From a virus (Duplodnaviria > Caudoviricetes), in the IMG/VR virus record IMGVR_UViG_3300042295_000748, positions 1 through 37,023 of that record: a stretch of DNA of 37,023 bases; one strand, written 5' to 3'. Position numbers and translations under genes: made by a program. Positions 1 to 9,048 of this stretch are shown one piece after another; within the stretch, counting starts at the first letter, position 1, and each line of letters opens with the position of its first letter. Under the pieces are notes generated by a model. It was given only the letters and a program-made list of their open reading frames with translations, did not search any database and had not been told where the DNA came from.

Positions 1-261
1 TGCCCGTCGCACTCCGGGCCACCAAGAAGGGCCGTATTCACTACCTGAACTACAGCCGCAAAAATGGCTTCACCGACGGCTCATTCATCCTACCCAACGG
101 CTCCCGCTGCGACTTCCTGAACTACACGCAGAGCGAGAACACCATTGAGGGCCGTGAGGCCGACATGATCTGGTGTGATGAGCTTGTACCGCAATCCTGG
201 GTGGACACACTGCGCTACCGCCTGATCACCCGCCGCGGCAAGCTCCTCGTGACCCAGACTC
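1..261. repeat. Terminal direct repeat, copy 1 (circular/permuted genome overlap)
   Basis: 1-261 matches 36763-37023 except for 7 substitutions (128, 132-134, 155, 161, 176). Confidence 0.95.
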
Positions 262-1262
262 CCCTCGAAGGCGTCGCCTCGGTCTACAAGGAGTTCACCG
301 CCGGCTCCGCAATCACCCGCTTTGACGACGCCGAGCTCATCAAAGGCAAGCAGGCTCTGCCCACGTGGCCCCTTGGCAAGGCCGCCCGCACCATGGTGCA
401 GCCCCAGACCAACCGGCGCACCGTGTTCTTCTTCTCGGAAGACAACCCGTACAACCCCTTCGACGAGATGAAGTCCAAGCTGGTCACCTCGCCCATGGGC
501 CAGATCCTGACCCGGGCCTACGGGTGGGCCTCGGACAACATTGGCAAGGCCTTCGCCCGTTTCCGCCCCGATATCCACTGCATCCCATCCTCCAAAGTGC
601 CCCCGGGCGGCACCCTGTACATGGTCTGCGACCCTGCCGGCGCCCGCAATTGGTTCTGCCTGTGGCTCCTGGTCTACGAAGACGGCAAGCGCATCGTGGT
701 CCGCGAGTTCCCCGACTTCTCCAACTACGGCGAGTGGGCGCTGCCCTCCGAAAAGCCCGACGGCAAGCTCGGTCCCGCGCAAACCCTAGACGCCGGCCGT
801 TCCATTTCCGAGTACCGCGCCCTCTTCCGCCAAATCGAGTCCGAGCTCGGCTACGGTGAGCCTGTTATGCGCCTGATCGACCCCAAGGCCGGCGGTTCTC
901 CAGCGCTCTCCGAGGCCGGCGGCACGACCCTCATCGACCTCCTGGCCGAATCCGACGACCCCACCGACGATGGCATGGCCTTCATTCCCGCACCCGGCGT
1001 GCCCGTCGACCAGCGCACATCCGCCATCAATAGCCTCCTCTCCTACGACGCCACCCAGCCCCTCACCGCGCTCAACGAGCCCTCGCTCTACATCACCGAC
1101 ACCTGCACCAACCTTGCCTACGCACTCTCCGAGCACACCGGCCGCGACGGGCAGAAGGGCTGCACTAAAGATCCCATCGACTGCCTGGGGATGCTTTTGG
1201 TCTCAAGTCTTGCGTTCGTAGGCCGCGGGGGCTTTGATTGTCGCGGCGGCGGCGGATACTAA
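3..1262 (+). CDS. terL: Terminase large subunit, C-terminal part (continues from 36318 across the genome join)
   Basis: Frame open from base 3; Walker B-like IWCDE, coupling motif VTQTP, RNase H-like nuclease motifs MVCDPAG and KDPIDCLG; directly upstream of the portal-like gene. Joined length about 568 aa. Confidence 0.92.
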   Translation, partial: PVALRATKKGRIHYLNYSRKNGFTDGSFILPNGSRCDFLNYTQSENTIEGREADMIWCDELVPQSWVDTLRYRLITRRGKLLVTQTPLEGVASVYKEFTAGSAITRFDDAELIKGKQALPTWPLGKAARTMVQPQTNRRTVFFFSEDNPYNPFDEMKSKLVTSPMGQILTRAYGWASDNIGKAFARFRPDIHCIPSSKVPPGGTLYMVCDPAGARNWFCLWLLVYEDGKRIVVREFPDFSNYGEWALPSEKPDGKLGPAQTLDAGRSISEYRALFRQIESELGYGEPVMRLIDPKAGGSPALSEAGGTTLIDLLAESDDPTDDGMAFIPAPGVPVDQRTSAINSLLSYDATQPLTALNEPSLYITDTCTNLAYALSEHTGRDGQKGCTKDPIDCLGMLLVSSLAFVGRGGFDCRGGGGY

Positions 1263-1273
1263 ACCATTTCACT

Positions 1274-3361
1274 ATGCAAGGAGATTCCTACAAGCAAGCA
1301 ACCGACGTGATGGCACGGGTCGGCGACGAGCCCAATGTACCGGCATTGACCGAGGAGCTGCGGCGCTCGGCCACCGACTACGGCGTCTTCGCCCGGGTCG
1401 AGAATGCTGAGAATGTGCGCTACTGCCGCTGGCCTGGGCAGACCGACGACGGCAAGAAGAACAACGATGCCAACCGCAACAAGCCGGCCTTCCCCTGGGA
1501 CGGGGCCTCCGACACGCGCATCCCGCTGGCCGACGAGGTGATCAACGGCCTCGTCGACCTCTGTTCCACCTCTTTCTGGCGCTCGATGCTCCGCGTGTCG
1601 CCCACCAACATCAGCCAGCTTGACCAGGCGGTCACCGCGCACAACCTGATGGACTGGACGGTCAACTCCCGGATGTACAACGACCTCACCCGCGAGGTTG
1701 AATTGCTCTCGCAGTACCTCTGGACCTACGGCTGGGCCGGTGTCCATGTCACCTGGCAGCAGGAGATGGGGCAGAAGGAGCAGTACCTGACCATGGACCA
1801 GATCATGGCCTTGGCAGCCCAGTCGCCCGAGGGCTCCATCCTGGCCGACCTGCCCAACCTCATCGCCAACCCCGAGGCCGACGACCAATCCGCGGAACTC
1901 CTGCTCGCTGCCTTCCCTAACCTGCGCAAGCGCCGAGCCCTCAAGGCCATCCGCGACCTGCGCACCGAGGGCGAGTGCGACTTCCCTATCCCCACCATGG
2001 TCAGCAATAAGCCCATGGTCGCTGCCCTGGCGCCCTACGACGAGCTGGTCTTCCCGCCCGAGACCACCGACATCCAGTCCGCCCGGGTTGTCTTCCGCCG
2101 CTACTACATGACCGAGGCCCAGCTTCTGAACAAGGTCGAGACCGAGGACTGGGACGCCGAGTGGGCGCAGGAAGCCATCAACACGATGGGCCGTTTCTCG
2201 GATTACTCCACCTACACCTACGCAGCCGTCGGCCTTGCCGAAAACTCCATCCTCGACCGCGAAAACCTGATCGAAGTTGTCTACGCCTACCAAAAGTCTA
2301 TCGACTCCGACGGTATCCCGGGCGTGTTCTACACCGTATTTAGCCCCCAAGTCGGCGACAAGTGGGGCTACTTCGACCTGTTGGACTACACGCACGGCCA
2401 GTATCCTTTCGTTATCTGGCGCTCCGAGCTCATCCACCGCCAGATCACCGAGAGCCGCGGCGTGCCCGAGGTTTGCTCCACCTGGCAGCACGAGGTGAAG
2501 GCCCAGCGCGACTCGATCTTCGACTACACGTCCCTCGCCACGCTCCCGCCCATCGAGGTCCCCAAAACCCGCGGCGGCAACCTGAAGATCGGTCCCGCCA
2601 TCCAGATCCCGGTGCTGCGCCGCGGCGAGATCGGATTCCTGGCACCGCCCGCACGCGAGCCCGGTGTAGCCTTCCAACTGATCGCGGCCATCGAGGCCCA
2701 GACCGACCGCTACTTCGGCCGCCCGACCGAGAAGGTCCCGCCGGTCATCACCCAGATGCGCCAGCAGCGCCTAATCAACAACTGGCTGCACGGCTGGACC
2801 GAGGCCTTCCGCCAGGTCCTATCCCTCACGCTCCAGTACGTCGGCCCCGCCGAGATTCAGCGCATCACAGCATCGGCCACCCCGCTGCCTCCCGACATTC
2901 AGGACTTCGATGTGATGCTGAAGTTCGACGTCCGCGAGATGTCCACCGACCTGGTGACCGAGAAGCTCAAGGCCATCAGCACCCTTGTGCTGCCGCTCGA
3001 CACCGCCGGCGTCATTGACCGTGCCAAGCTGATCTCGGTAGCCCTCCGGGCCATCGACCCCAACCTGGCCAGCGAGTTGGTCATGCAGCAAGGCCCAGCC
3101 GCGCAGAAGATGTTCAATGAGACCAACGACGAGATCGCGCTCATGTCCCTCGGCAACCCGCCGCAACTGCGCGAGAACGACCCCACAGCGCCAATGCGGT
3201 TGCAATTCAGCCAGCAGGTAATGCAATCCAACCCGAAGTATCAGGCCCAGCTTCAGCAGGACCCGCTCTTTCAGGCCAACCTGCAAAAATACATTGAGAA
3301 CCTGCAGTTCAGTGTCCAACAGCAACAGAACGCCGTCACAGGCCGCCTTGGAGTCCAATGA
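1274..3361 (+). CDS. Portal protein
   Basis: About 695 aa between terL and scaffold/capsid; AFPWDGASD motif and Q-rich helical C-terminus typical of podovirus portals. ATG 1274 preferred over the TTG at 1238, which overlaps terL. Confidence 0.85.
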   Translation: MQGDSYKQATDVMARVGDEPNVPALTEELRRSATDYGVFARVENAENVRYCRWPGQTDDGKKNNDANRNKPAFPWDGASDTRIPLADEVINGLVDLCSTSFWRSMLRVSPTNISQLDQAVTAHNLMDWTVNSRMYNDLTREVELLSQYLWTYGWAGVHVTWQQEMGQKEQYLTMDQIMALAAQSPEGSILADLPNLIANPEADDQSAELLLAAFPNLRKRRALKAIRDLRTEGECDFPIPTMVSNKPMVAALAPYDELVFPPETTDIQSARVVFRRYYMTEAQLLNKVETEDWDAEWAQEAINTMGRFSDYSTYTYAAVGLAENSILDRENLIEVVYAYQKSIDSDGIPGVFYTVFSPQVGDKWGYFDLLDYTHGQYPFVIWRSELIHRQITESRGVPEVCSTWQHEVKAQRDSIFDYTSLATLPPIEVPKTRGGNLKIGPAIQIPVLRRGEIGFLAPPAREPGVAFQLIAAIEAQTDRYFGRPTEKVPPVITQMRQQRLINNWLHGWTEAFRQVLSLTLQYVGPAEIQRITASATPLPPDIQDFDVMLKFDVREMSTDLVTEKLKAISTLVLPLDTAGVIDRAKLISVALRAIDPNLASELVMQQGPAAQKMFNETNDEIALMSLGNPPQLRENDPTAPMRLQFSQQVMQSNPKYQAQLQQDPLFQANLQKYIENLQFSVQQQQNAVTGRLGVQ

Positions 3362-3600
3362 AACTGACCGACGAACAACTCTCGGAGGCCCTCTCCGTGT
3401 CCGAGGAGCACCCGGTGCTCAAGGCCATGGGCCAGATCATCGACGACACGCTGCGGGACGAGGTGCTCAACGCCCTCCTTCCATCACTTTCCGCGGAGGA
3501 CCGTGCCTACAACTCAGGCCGGGCAGCCGCGATCAAGGATCTCATCGCACAAATCAGTGCGTTAAGAAATGGGAGGGGATTGACTTCCGGTCAATTCTAG
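3358..3600 (+). CDS. Small helical protein between portal and scaffold
   Basis: ATGA-coupled to portal stop; 80 aa; RAYNSGRAAAI resembles small post-portal proteins of podoviruses. Confidence 0.75.
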   Translation: MKLTDEQLSEALSVSEEHPVLKAMGQIIDDTLRDEVLNALLPSLSAEDRAYNSGRAAAIKDLIAQISALRNGRGLTSGQF

Positions 3601-3679
3601 GCTCTCACTCAAACAACGGCTTCTTGGTTGGCCTTAAACAACCCTGGCGCAGCATACCCGGCTTGCAGGGTCTAAAAGC

Positions 3680-4690
3680 ATGGACATCCCGACGAATACA
3701 CAGGAAGCGAAACCTGCCCAAAACACGGCACAGCCCCCAATCAACCCGATGCAGTTCGACGAATCGGCGTTGGCGAAGCTACTGAAGACACGATTCAGCG
3801 GGGAGGAAGAGAAGGCATCAGCCGTTGAACGACAAGTGCCGGAGCCGGAAGCCACTTCCGTGGACGATCAGGCCGAGGATGCGGAGCCGACCGCAGAACA
3901 AACGGACGCCCAGGCCGAGTCGCCTGAGCAGGAGGTTCTTTCCGAGACCGAAGAGAACAGCGACGAGGATTCGCTGGGCTACCGCAAACGCATCGACAAG
4001 CTCACGCGCCAGAAGAAAGAGGCGTTGGAGAAGGCCGAGGCGCTCGAGCGGGAGCTCAACGACGCCAAGACCAAGCTGGAGCAGACCAACGACAGGCCGA
4101 CCGCGGTGCAGTCCGCTGCAGACCCGTTTGCCGATGTCTGGGAAGTGTCGAAGCTCAACGATGAGTGGAGCAAGGCCCGGAATCTGAAACGGTGGTGCGA
4201 GGACAACATCGACGGCTGCGAAGTAGAGGGCAAGGAGTACAGCGCGGAAGACGTGAAGCAGATCAAGCGGCGTGTAGAAGACGCCATCGACCTGCACATA
4301 CCAACCCGCGCCCGCTTCCTGCAGAACTACCAGCAGATCAAGCCCATTGCCGAGACGCTCTACCCATGGTGGAAAGACCGTTCAGCTACCGAGTACACCG
4401 AGGCGCAGGCCGTCCTGCGGCAACTGCCGCAGATTGCCTCACTGCCGGAGTACCAGGTGCTGGTCGGTGACTTCATTGCCGGGCGCAAGCTGCGCCTGGA
4501 GAAGGAGTCCGCCAAGGGCAAGCCATCTGCCACCCGCCCACTGGCCAAGGCACCCAGTCAGCCCGGTCGCCCCACCGCAATCCCTGCAAAGAAGGATGCG
4601 GCCAAGGTCGGCCTGGACAAAGCCAAGTCGCAGTTCCGAAAGTCCGGGACGACCACCGAATTAGCCCAAGTACTCAAAAGGATGCTCTAA
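3680..4690 (+). CDS. Capsid scaffolding protein
   Basis: Acidic low-complexity N-terminus, KRIDKLTRQKKEA coiled coil, basic C-terminus; immediately before the capsid gene. Confidence 0.8.
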   Translation: MDIPTNTQEAKPAQNTAQPPINPMQFDESALAKLLKTRFSGEEEKASAVERQVPEPEATSVDDQAEDAEPTAEQTDAQAESPEQEVLSETEENSDEDSLGYRKRIDKLTRQKKEALEKAEALERELNDAKTKLEQTNDRPTAVQSAADPFADVWEVSKLNDEWSKARNLKRWCEDNIDGCEVEGKEYSAEDVKQIKRRVEDAIDLHIPTRARFLQNYQQIKPIAETLYPWWKDRSATEYTEAQAVLRQLPQIASLPEYQVLVGDFIAGRKLRLEKESAKGKPSATRPLAKAPSQPGRPTAIPAKKDAAKVGLDKAKSQFRKSGTTTELAQVLKRML

Positions 4691-4693
4691 ACC

Positions 4694-5755
4694 ATGCCCC
4701 TACTTCAGCCCAACCAGGGCGGCTCTGTGCCGCTCGCTTCCACCTCGTCCGCTCGTGAAGATCTGGCGGACTACATCGCCATCGTCGACGCCAAGTCGAC
4801 CCCGTTCGTGTCCATGGCCCCGAAGGGCCGTGACATCGGCAATATGCAGTTCTCTTGGCAGGTCGACAACTATGGCGCCCCTGTTCTCGGTGGCGTGCCG
4901 GACGGTACCGACGTGACCGTGTCCAGCGCCTCAAACCCGGTGGTCAACCGGACCCGCCTGAACAACTACGGCCAGGCCTTCCGCCGGGACCTGCGCATCG
5001 GTTTCATCGCCGAGACCCAGGAGGTCGCCGGTGTGACCGATGAGTTGGCCAACGGCATCGCCAAGAAGCTCGTTGAGATCAAGCGCGACATGGAGTCGAC
5101 CTTCATGTGCACCAACCAGCCCGCCCAGATGGACACGGGTCCTGGTGGTAATGCCTATCGCACCGGCTCGATGGGTAACTGGTTGAACAACACCAACGCC
5201 GCCAACATCGGCGCGTGCGCTTCTGGTTCGCCCTTCCTGCCGGCCTCCGGCGCGGTCGACACCACCGCTGCGGCTTCCTTCACTGAGGCCACTGCCCAGA
5301 ACGTGCTGACCGCTATCTACAGCGCCACCGGCACCTTCCGCGACTACGACTGTATCTTGGGCACCACGCTCAAGCGTGCGTTCACCAACCTCACGGCCTC
5401 TGGCGTCACTCAGGTCGCCAACGCCAACAGCATCGCTGCCACCAGCGTCCGCACCTTCAACCAGGACCTGTCCAGCGACACTTTTAAGGCCTCCATTGAT
5501 CTTTTCGAGGGAGACTTCGGACGGCTTATTTTGCATCCGACCCAATTTTTGGGGTCTACCACCGGCACCACGTTGACCGCCACGGCGACCAAGGGCTACG
5601 TCATCCCGATGGACATGGTCGAGGTTCGCTACGCCAAGCTGCCCCAGGTCAAGGAGCTGCCCGACGCCGGCGGCGGCCCTGCCCGCCTCGTCGAGGCCAT
5701 TGCCGGTCTCGTGGTGAAGAACCCGAGCGGGTTTGGCTTCTTCAACGGAGCCTAG
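4694..5755 (+). CDS. Major capsid protein (SU10/DUF5309-like)
   Basis: 353 aa; REDLADYI..VD...TPF.SM, FSWQVD, TRLNNYGQAF, EIKRDME and GLVVKNP motifs; followed by a terminator. Confidence 0.88.
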   Translation: MPLLQPNQGGSVPLASTSSAREDLADYIAIVDAKSTPFVSMAPKGRDIGNMQFSWQVDNYGAPVLGGVPDGTDVTVSSASNPVVNRTRLNNYGQAFRRDLRIGFIAETQEVAGVTDELANGIAKKLVEIKRDMESTFMCTNQPAQMDTGPGGNAYRTGSMGNWLNNTNAANIGACASGSPFLPASGAVDTTAAASFTEATAQNVLTAIYSATGTFRDYDCILGTTLKRAFTNLTASGVTQVANANSIAATSVRTFNQDLSSDTFKASIDLFEGDFGRLILHPTQFLGSTTGTTLTATATKGYVIPMDMVEVRYAKLPQVKELPDAGGGPARLVEAIAGLVVKNPSGFGFFNGA

Positions 5756-5767
5756 TCAGTCTACAAC

Positions 5768-5807
5768 GGGGGAGGTCCATCCCGGGCCTCCCCCTCTTTC
5801 CTTTTCT
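5768..5807 (+). terminator. Intrinsic terminator after capsid gene
   Basis: 11-bp stem GGGGGAGGTCC (5768-5778) / GGGCCTCCCCC (5784-5794) with one G-U pair, 5-nt loop, then TCTTTCCTTTTCT. Confidence 0.8.
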
Positions 5808-5808
5808 C

Positions 5809-6192
5809 ATGGCCCACAATTCCGCATCCTCCGTCATCGCCAACGCTCTCGACGATATGCCCGGCGAACTGCGCCGCGCCGTCATCAAGGAGTTCCAATC
5901 CGGCATCCAGAAGGACTGGGTCAAGGCCGGCATTGATCAGAAGCGCATCGCCCAGGACTCGCAGCGCGAAGTCCGCGCCGTCGACGGCATCGGTCGCCTG
6001 CGGATGCGGATCGACCCCACTCTCTACCATGCCTGGGGCACCAAGTATGGGTACGACTGCTGGAAAGATTCCCAGTTTTTGAAAGAGGTTGAGCGGGATA
6101 ACCCCGAGGTGCGAGTGCGCTGCGGGGCTACACGCTTGCAGGTTGGATGGAGCGGTGGCACAAAACGCAGTAGTCAGAAGTTCACCCTATGA
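5809..6192 (+). CDS. Hypothetical post-capsid protein
   Basis: 127 aa ORF with phage-like codon use; stop overlaps next start (ATGA). Confidence 0.75.
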   Translation: MAHNSASSVIANALDDMPGELRRAVIKEFQSGIQKDWVKAGIDQKRIAQDSQREVRAVDGIGRLRMRIDPTLYHAWGTKYGYDCWKDSQFLKEVERDNPEVRVRCGATRLQVGWSGGTKRSSQKFTL

Positions 6193-6443
6193 ATGTCGGA
6201 TCAAACCGCCAACTGGCCGGCGAATTCGGTGGCCGGTACATCGACGCCTCCGCGGGCACTGTGACCGGCAACTACATGGAGATCCATGCCGTCGCCACGT
6301 CCATCCTCGGTGCCGTCACTTCCAACATCACCAACTTCCCCTCCGGCGTGACGATTCAGGCCGGCGACTCGATCTCGGGCGTCTTCACCTCGGTGGCTGT
6401 ATCCTCCGGGGCGATCATCGCCTACAACCGCAAGTGGGTCTAA
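6189..6443 (+). CDS. Small beta-rich putative virion protein
   Basis: 84 aa, G/S/T/V-rich, coupled to neighbours in the structural module. Confidence 0.7.
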   Translation: MNVGSNRQLAGEFGGRYIDASAGTVTGNYMEIHAVATSILGAVTSNITNFPSGVTIQAGDSISGVFTSVAVSSGAIIAYNRKWV

Positions 6444-6444
6444 A

Positions 6445-6681
6445 ATGCGTCTCGGACTAGGCCTAGGACTCGGCGTGCAGCAAGCCCTCGGTGGGGCTGG
6501 CGGCGGCGCTGACCTGCCTATCATCCGACGCGACCTGCTCCAGGAGGACGACTTCTTTGTCTTCCTTGAGGATGGCGACAAGATCGTCATCACCTTCGGC
6601 ACCTTCGACTCTTTAGACTTGGAGAACGGGGACTTCCTGCTCCAAGAGGACACAGGCAAACTCATCATTCAAGCTAACTAA
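6445..6681 (+). CDS. Small putative virion protein with LLQED repeats
   Basis: MRLGLGLGLG N-terminus and repeated LLQED / LENGD motifs. Confidence 0.7.
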   Translation: MRLGLGLGLGVQQALGGAGGGADLPIIRRDLLQEDDFFVFLEDGDKIVITFGTFDSLDLENGDFLLQEDTGKLIIQAN

Positions 6682-6684
6682 CTT

Positions 6685-7827
6685 ATGGCAGACACGAAAA
6701 TCACGGCCTTGGCGGCCATCACTACGGTTGATCCGGCAGCGGACGTGCTGCCGATTGTGGACATCTCGGATACGTCCATGGCTGCATCGGGCACCACGAA
6801 GAAGATCACCAGCAACCAGATCCTGGGAGCCGGCGGCACCGCCACCCTCGCCTCCGCCACCATCACCGGCGATCTGACGGTGCGGACGAATAAGCTGGCT
6901 GTTACCAGCACTGGCGTGGGCATTGGAACGGCGAGTCCAATTTACTCGCTTGTTGTAAACGGAACTGACACGACAAATGTTCTGTTTAACGGAATTACAA
7001 AAGGTGTTCGATTTGTAGCAAATGCATCTGGATCTGTAATTACCGGTGTCGATAATACTGGATTTACATCCTTCCAGCCTCTTTCAATCGGTGGTTCTAC
7101 TCTCGACTTTTCGTTGAGCGGCTCCACCGCCATGACTTTGAACTCTACGGGGCTGGGCGTGGGGACGGTTCCTGCGAATGGACTTAAACTGTCGTCGTTC
7201 GTGACGACCGATGGCGCACCTGCTACGAGCGGAACCACTCAGACTTCCGGTTCGTTCCGTGTCGGAGCTGCTTCTACGGCTGGAGCAATGGACATGGGTA
7301 CGGCTGGTTCGTACTCGTGGATTCAAGTTGTTGACCGCACAAATCTAGCAACCAATTACAACCTCGTTCTACAGCCGAATGGGGGCAACGTGGGCGTGGG
7401 GGTTACGCCGAGTGCGTGGCAGAGTCCGTTTAAAGCTATTGAACTTTCTGGAGGTTCAATTTCAGCAAATAACACAGCTAGTTTGCGTTTGGTTCAAAAC
7501 GCTTTCTTTAACTCTGGTGCTTGGTTGTACAAAACAACCGCTGCCGCAAGTCGATACGAACAAGAAGCCGCAGGACACTATTGGTTTAATGCCCCTAGCG
7601 GCACCGCTGGCAACGCCATCACCTTCACCCAAGCGATGACGCTGGATGGCCTTGGCAATTTGCTCGTCGGTCTTACCGCTGCCGGAACCACCGCTGCCAA
7701 GACCATCCAGATTGCCAACGGCACCGCTCCTACTGCCAACGTGACTGGTGGCCAACTCTACGTCGAAGCCGGTGCGCTGAAGTACCGTGGAAGCTCTGGC
7801 ACCATCACCACAATCGCTAACGCCTAA
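6685..7827 (+). CDS. Fibre/spike-like virion protein
   Basis: [12 protein letters not shown]-terminus; repeated GVGIGT / GLGVGT / GNVGVG / GNLLVG beta modules. Confidence 0.75.
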   Translation: MADTKITALAAITTVDPAADVLPIVDISDTSMAASGTTKKITSNQILGAGGTATLASATITGDLTVRTNKLAVTSTGVGIGTASPIYSLVVNGTDTTNVLFNGITKGVRFVANASGSVITGVDNTGFTSFQPLSIGGSTLDFSLSGSTAMTLNSTGLGVGTVPANGLKLSSFVTTDGAPATSGTTQTSGSFRVGAASTAGAMDMGTAGSYSWIQVVDRTNLATNYNLVLQPNGGNVGVGVTPSAWQSPFKAIELSGGSISANNTASLRLVQNAFFNSGAWLYKTTAAASRYEQEAAGHYWFNAPSGTAGNAITFTQAMTLDGLGNLLVGLTAAGTTAAKTIQIANGTAPTANVTGGQLYVEAGALKYRGSSGTITTIANA

Positions 7828-7838
7828 TCCATACCACC

Positions 7839-8249
7839 ATGAACACCATCTCCCTCTTTTGGATCATCGAACGCCTTCTCGTCCGTAAAGTCGAAGGCAC
7901 CTATTCCGATGTCGTCATCACCGCCGATTGGCGTTGCAACGGCTCGCAGGATCAGTACAGCGGCACCTGCTACGGCAGCGCGTCGTTCGCTCCGCCGAGC
8001 GGTTCGTTCACGCCGTATCCCGATCTGACCGAAGCGCAAGTCTTGGGCTGGTGCTACAGCAACGGCGTCGACAAGGTGGCCATCGAAGCCAATGTGTCCG
8101 CGCAGATCGCTGACCAGATCAACCCGCCGATCATCGCTCCTCCGCTGCCGTGGGCGGCGCCGGTTGAAATCGTTCCGCCGGTTGTTGAGCAGAAGGTGCC
8201 GGTTTTGGTTGCGGAGCCGGCCACCGTTGTCGATTCTCCGGTCGCATGA
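7839..8249 (+). CDS. Fibre-associated protein (possible assembly chaperone)
   Basis: 136 aa directly after the fibre gene; FTPYPDLTEAQVLGW and INPP...PLPW motifs recalled from fibre-adjacent proteins of aquatic phages. Confidence 0.7.
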   Translation: MNTISLFWIIERLLVRKVEGTYSDVVITADWRCNGSQDQYSGTCYGSASFAPPSGSFTPYPDLTEAQVLGWCYSNGVDKVAIEANVSAQIADQINPPIIAPPLPWAAPVEIVPPVVEQKVPVLVAEPATVVDSPVA

Positions 8250-8401
8250 TCAAGATCGAACTCACACTGCAACAACTCCAACTGCTCCACCAGCTCTTGG
8301 TGATTGGTATGAAGGCCGGCGACGTGAACAATATGCGCGTCGGTCTCCCCTTGGTGGATATCCTAGAAGAAGCTGCGAAAAACCAATCTAATCCCACCTA
8401 A
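8246..8401 (+). CDS. Small hypothetical protein (51 aa, not in ORF track)
   Basis: MIKIELTLQQLQLLHQLLVIGMKAG...; ATGA overlap with upstream stop; next gene starts at 8402. Confidence 0.65.
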   Translation: MIKIELTLQQLQLLHQLLVIGMKAGDVNNMRVGLPLVDILEEAAKNQSNPT

Positions 8402-8581
8402 ATGGACGCATCCAATCACGGCGGTGACACAAATCAGATGATTGTCTCCATGGGAGGAGCAGCAGCGGCCACCGCTGTTTCGTTTATCCCCTGGCTCACC
8501 GACTGGGTTAGACTTATCACCGCCGTGATTGGCTTACTGTGCGCCATCTACGGTGCGTATCGCTTATTCCGCTCCAAATGA
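8402..8581 (+). CDS. Small membrane protein, holin/antiholin-like (59 aa, not in ORF track)
   Basis: Hydrophobic segments GGAAAATAVSFIPWL and LITAVIGLLCAIYGAY, basic C-terminus RLFRSK. Confidence 0.65.
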   Translation: MDASNHGGDTNQMIVSMGGAAAATAVSFIPWLTDWVRLITAVIGLLCAIYGAYRLFRSK

Positions 8582-8760
8582 AAAACACCAAGACCACACT
8601 GGCCGGCATCGGTGCCATCCTCGTCGCTGTTGGCGGCGCTCTCAAGGCCCTGTTCGACGGTGACCCGACCACCCATCTGGACATCACCACGACCATCGCA
8701 GCCGTCACGGCTGGCATCGGCCTGATCTGGGCCAAGGACGCCGAGAAGAAGGCCGAGTGA
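8578..8760 (+). CDS. Holin-like two-TM protein
   Basis: MKNTKTTLAGIGAILVAVG...VTAGIGLIWAKD; ATG 8578 coupled to upstream TGA. Confidence 0.65.
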   Translation: MKNTKTTLAGIGAILVAVGGALKALFDGDPTTHLDITTTIAAVTAGIGLIWAKDAEKKAE

Positions 8761-8930
8761 ATTGGATCTACCAGATCCTGAAGGCCCTGCTCGATTGGTT
8801 CCGCGAGACCCCACCCACCGACATCCAACATGGAAAAGCTCCCGAGGCTCTCAAGAACGATCTGGCTGATCGCATTGCTGGACTGCCTCGGTTGCCAGAT
8901 GACCAAGGTGGTCCTGGTCCCTTCCGGTGA
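8757..8930 (+). CDS. Putative i-spanin-like protein (57 aa, GTG start, not in ORF track)
   Basis: GTGA overlap with the holin-like stop; amphipathic N-terminus WIYQILKALLDWF; 3' half overlaps a lipoprotein ORF in another frame. Confidence 0.5.
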   Translation: MNWIYQILKALLDWFRETPPTDIQHGKAPEALKNDLADRIAGLPRLPDDQGGPGPFR

Positions 8931-9048
8931 TCCGGTGATGCTGGCCAAGCCTGTAAAGGCCAGCGTGTACGGATTCGACAAAGACAAGAAGCTGGTGGGG
9001 CCGTCCACGGTGACGCTGCCTGCCGGCTGGTACGCACTGCCAAAATGA
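8830..9048 (+). CDS. Lipoprotein, putative o-spanin
   Basis: Basic N-terminus, hydrophobic IWLIALL, lipobox-like LGC, Pro-containing mature part; starts inside the preceding ORF. Confidence 0.55.
   Translation: MEKLPRLSRTIWLIALLDCLGCQMTKVVLVPSGDPVMLAKPVKASVYGFDKDKKLVGPSTVTLPAGWYALPK

Noticed and set aside
1238-1273. N-terminal extension of the portal from TTG 1238
   Set aside because: Overlaps the terL end; ATG 1274 in an A/C-rich context fits the genome pattern better.
1259-2677. Long minus-strand ORFs (also 90-782, 21756-23021, 28658-29515, 31826-32821)
   Set aside because: Antisense shadows of high-GC3 genes; no motifs; every credible gene is on the + strand.
3580-3594. TTGACTTCCG shared with 25001-25010 as a possible phage promoter
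   Set aside because: No good -10 at 16-18 nt in either copy, and a repeated 10-mer is expected by chance in 37 kb.
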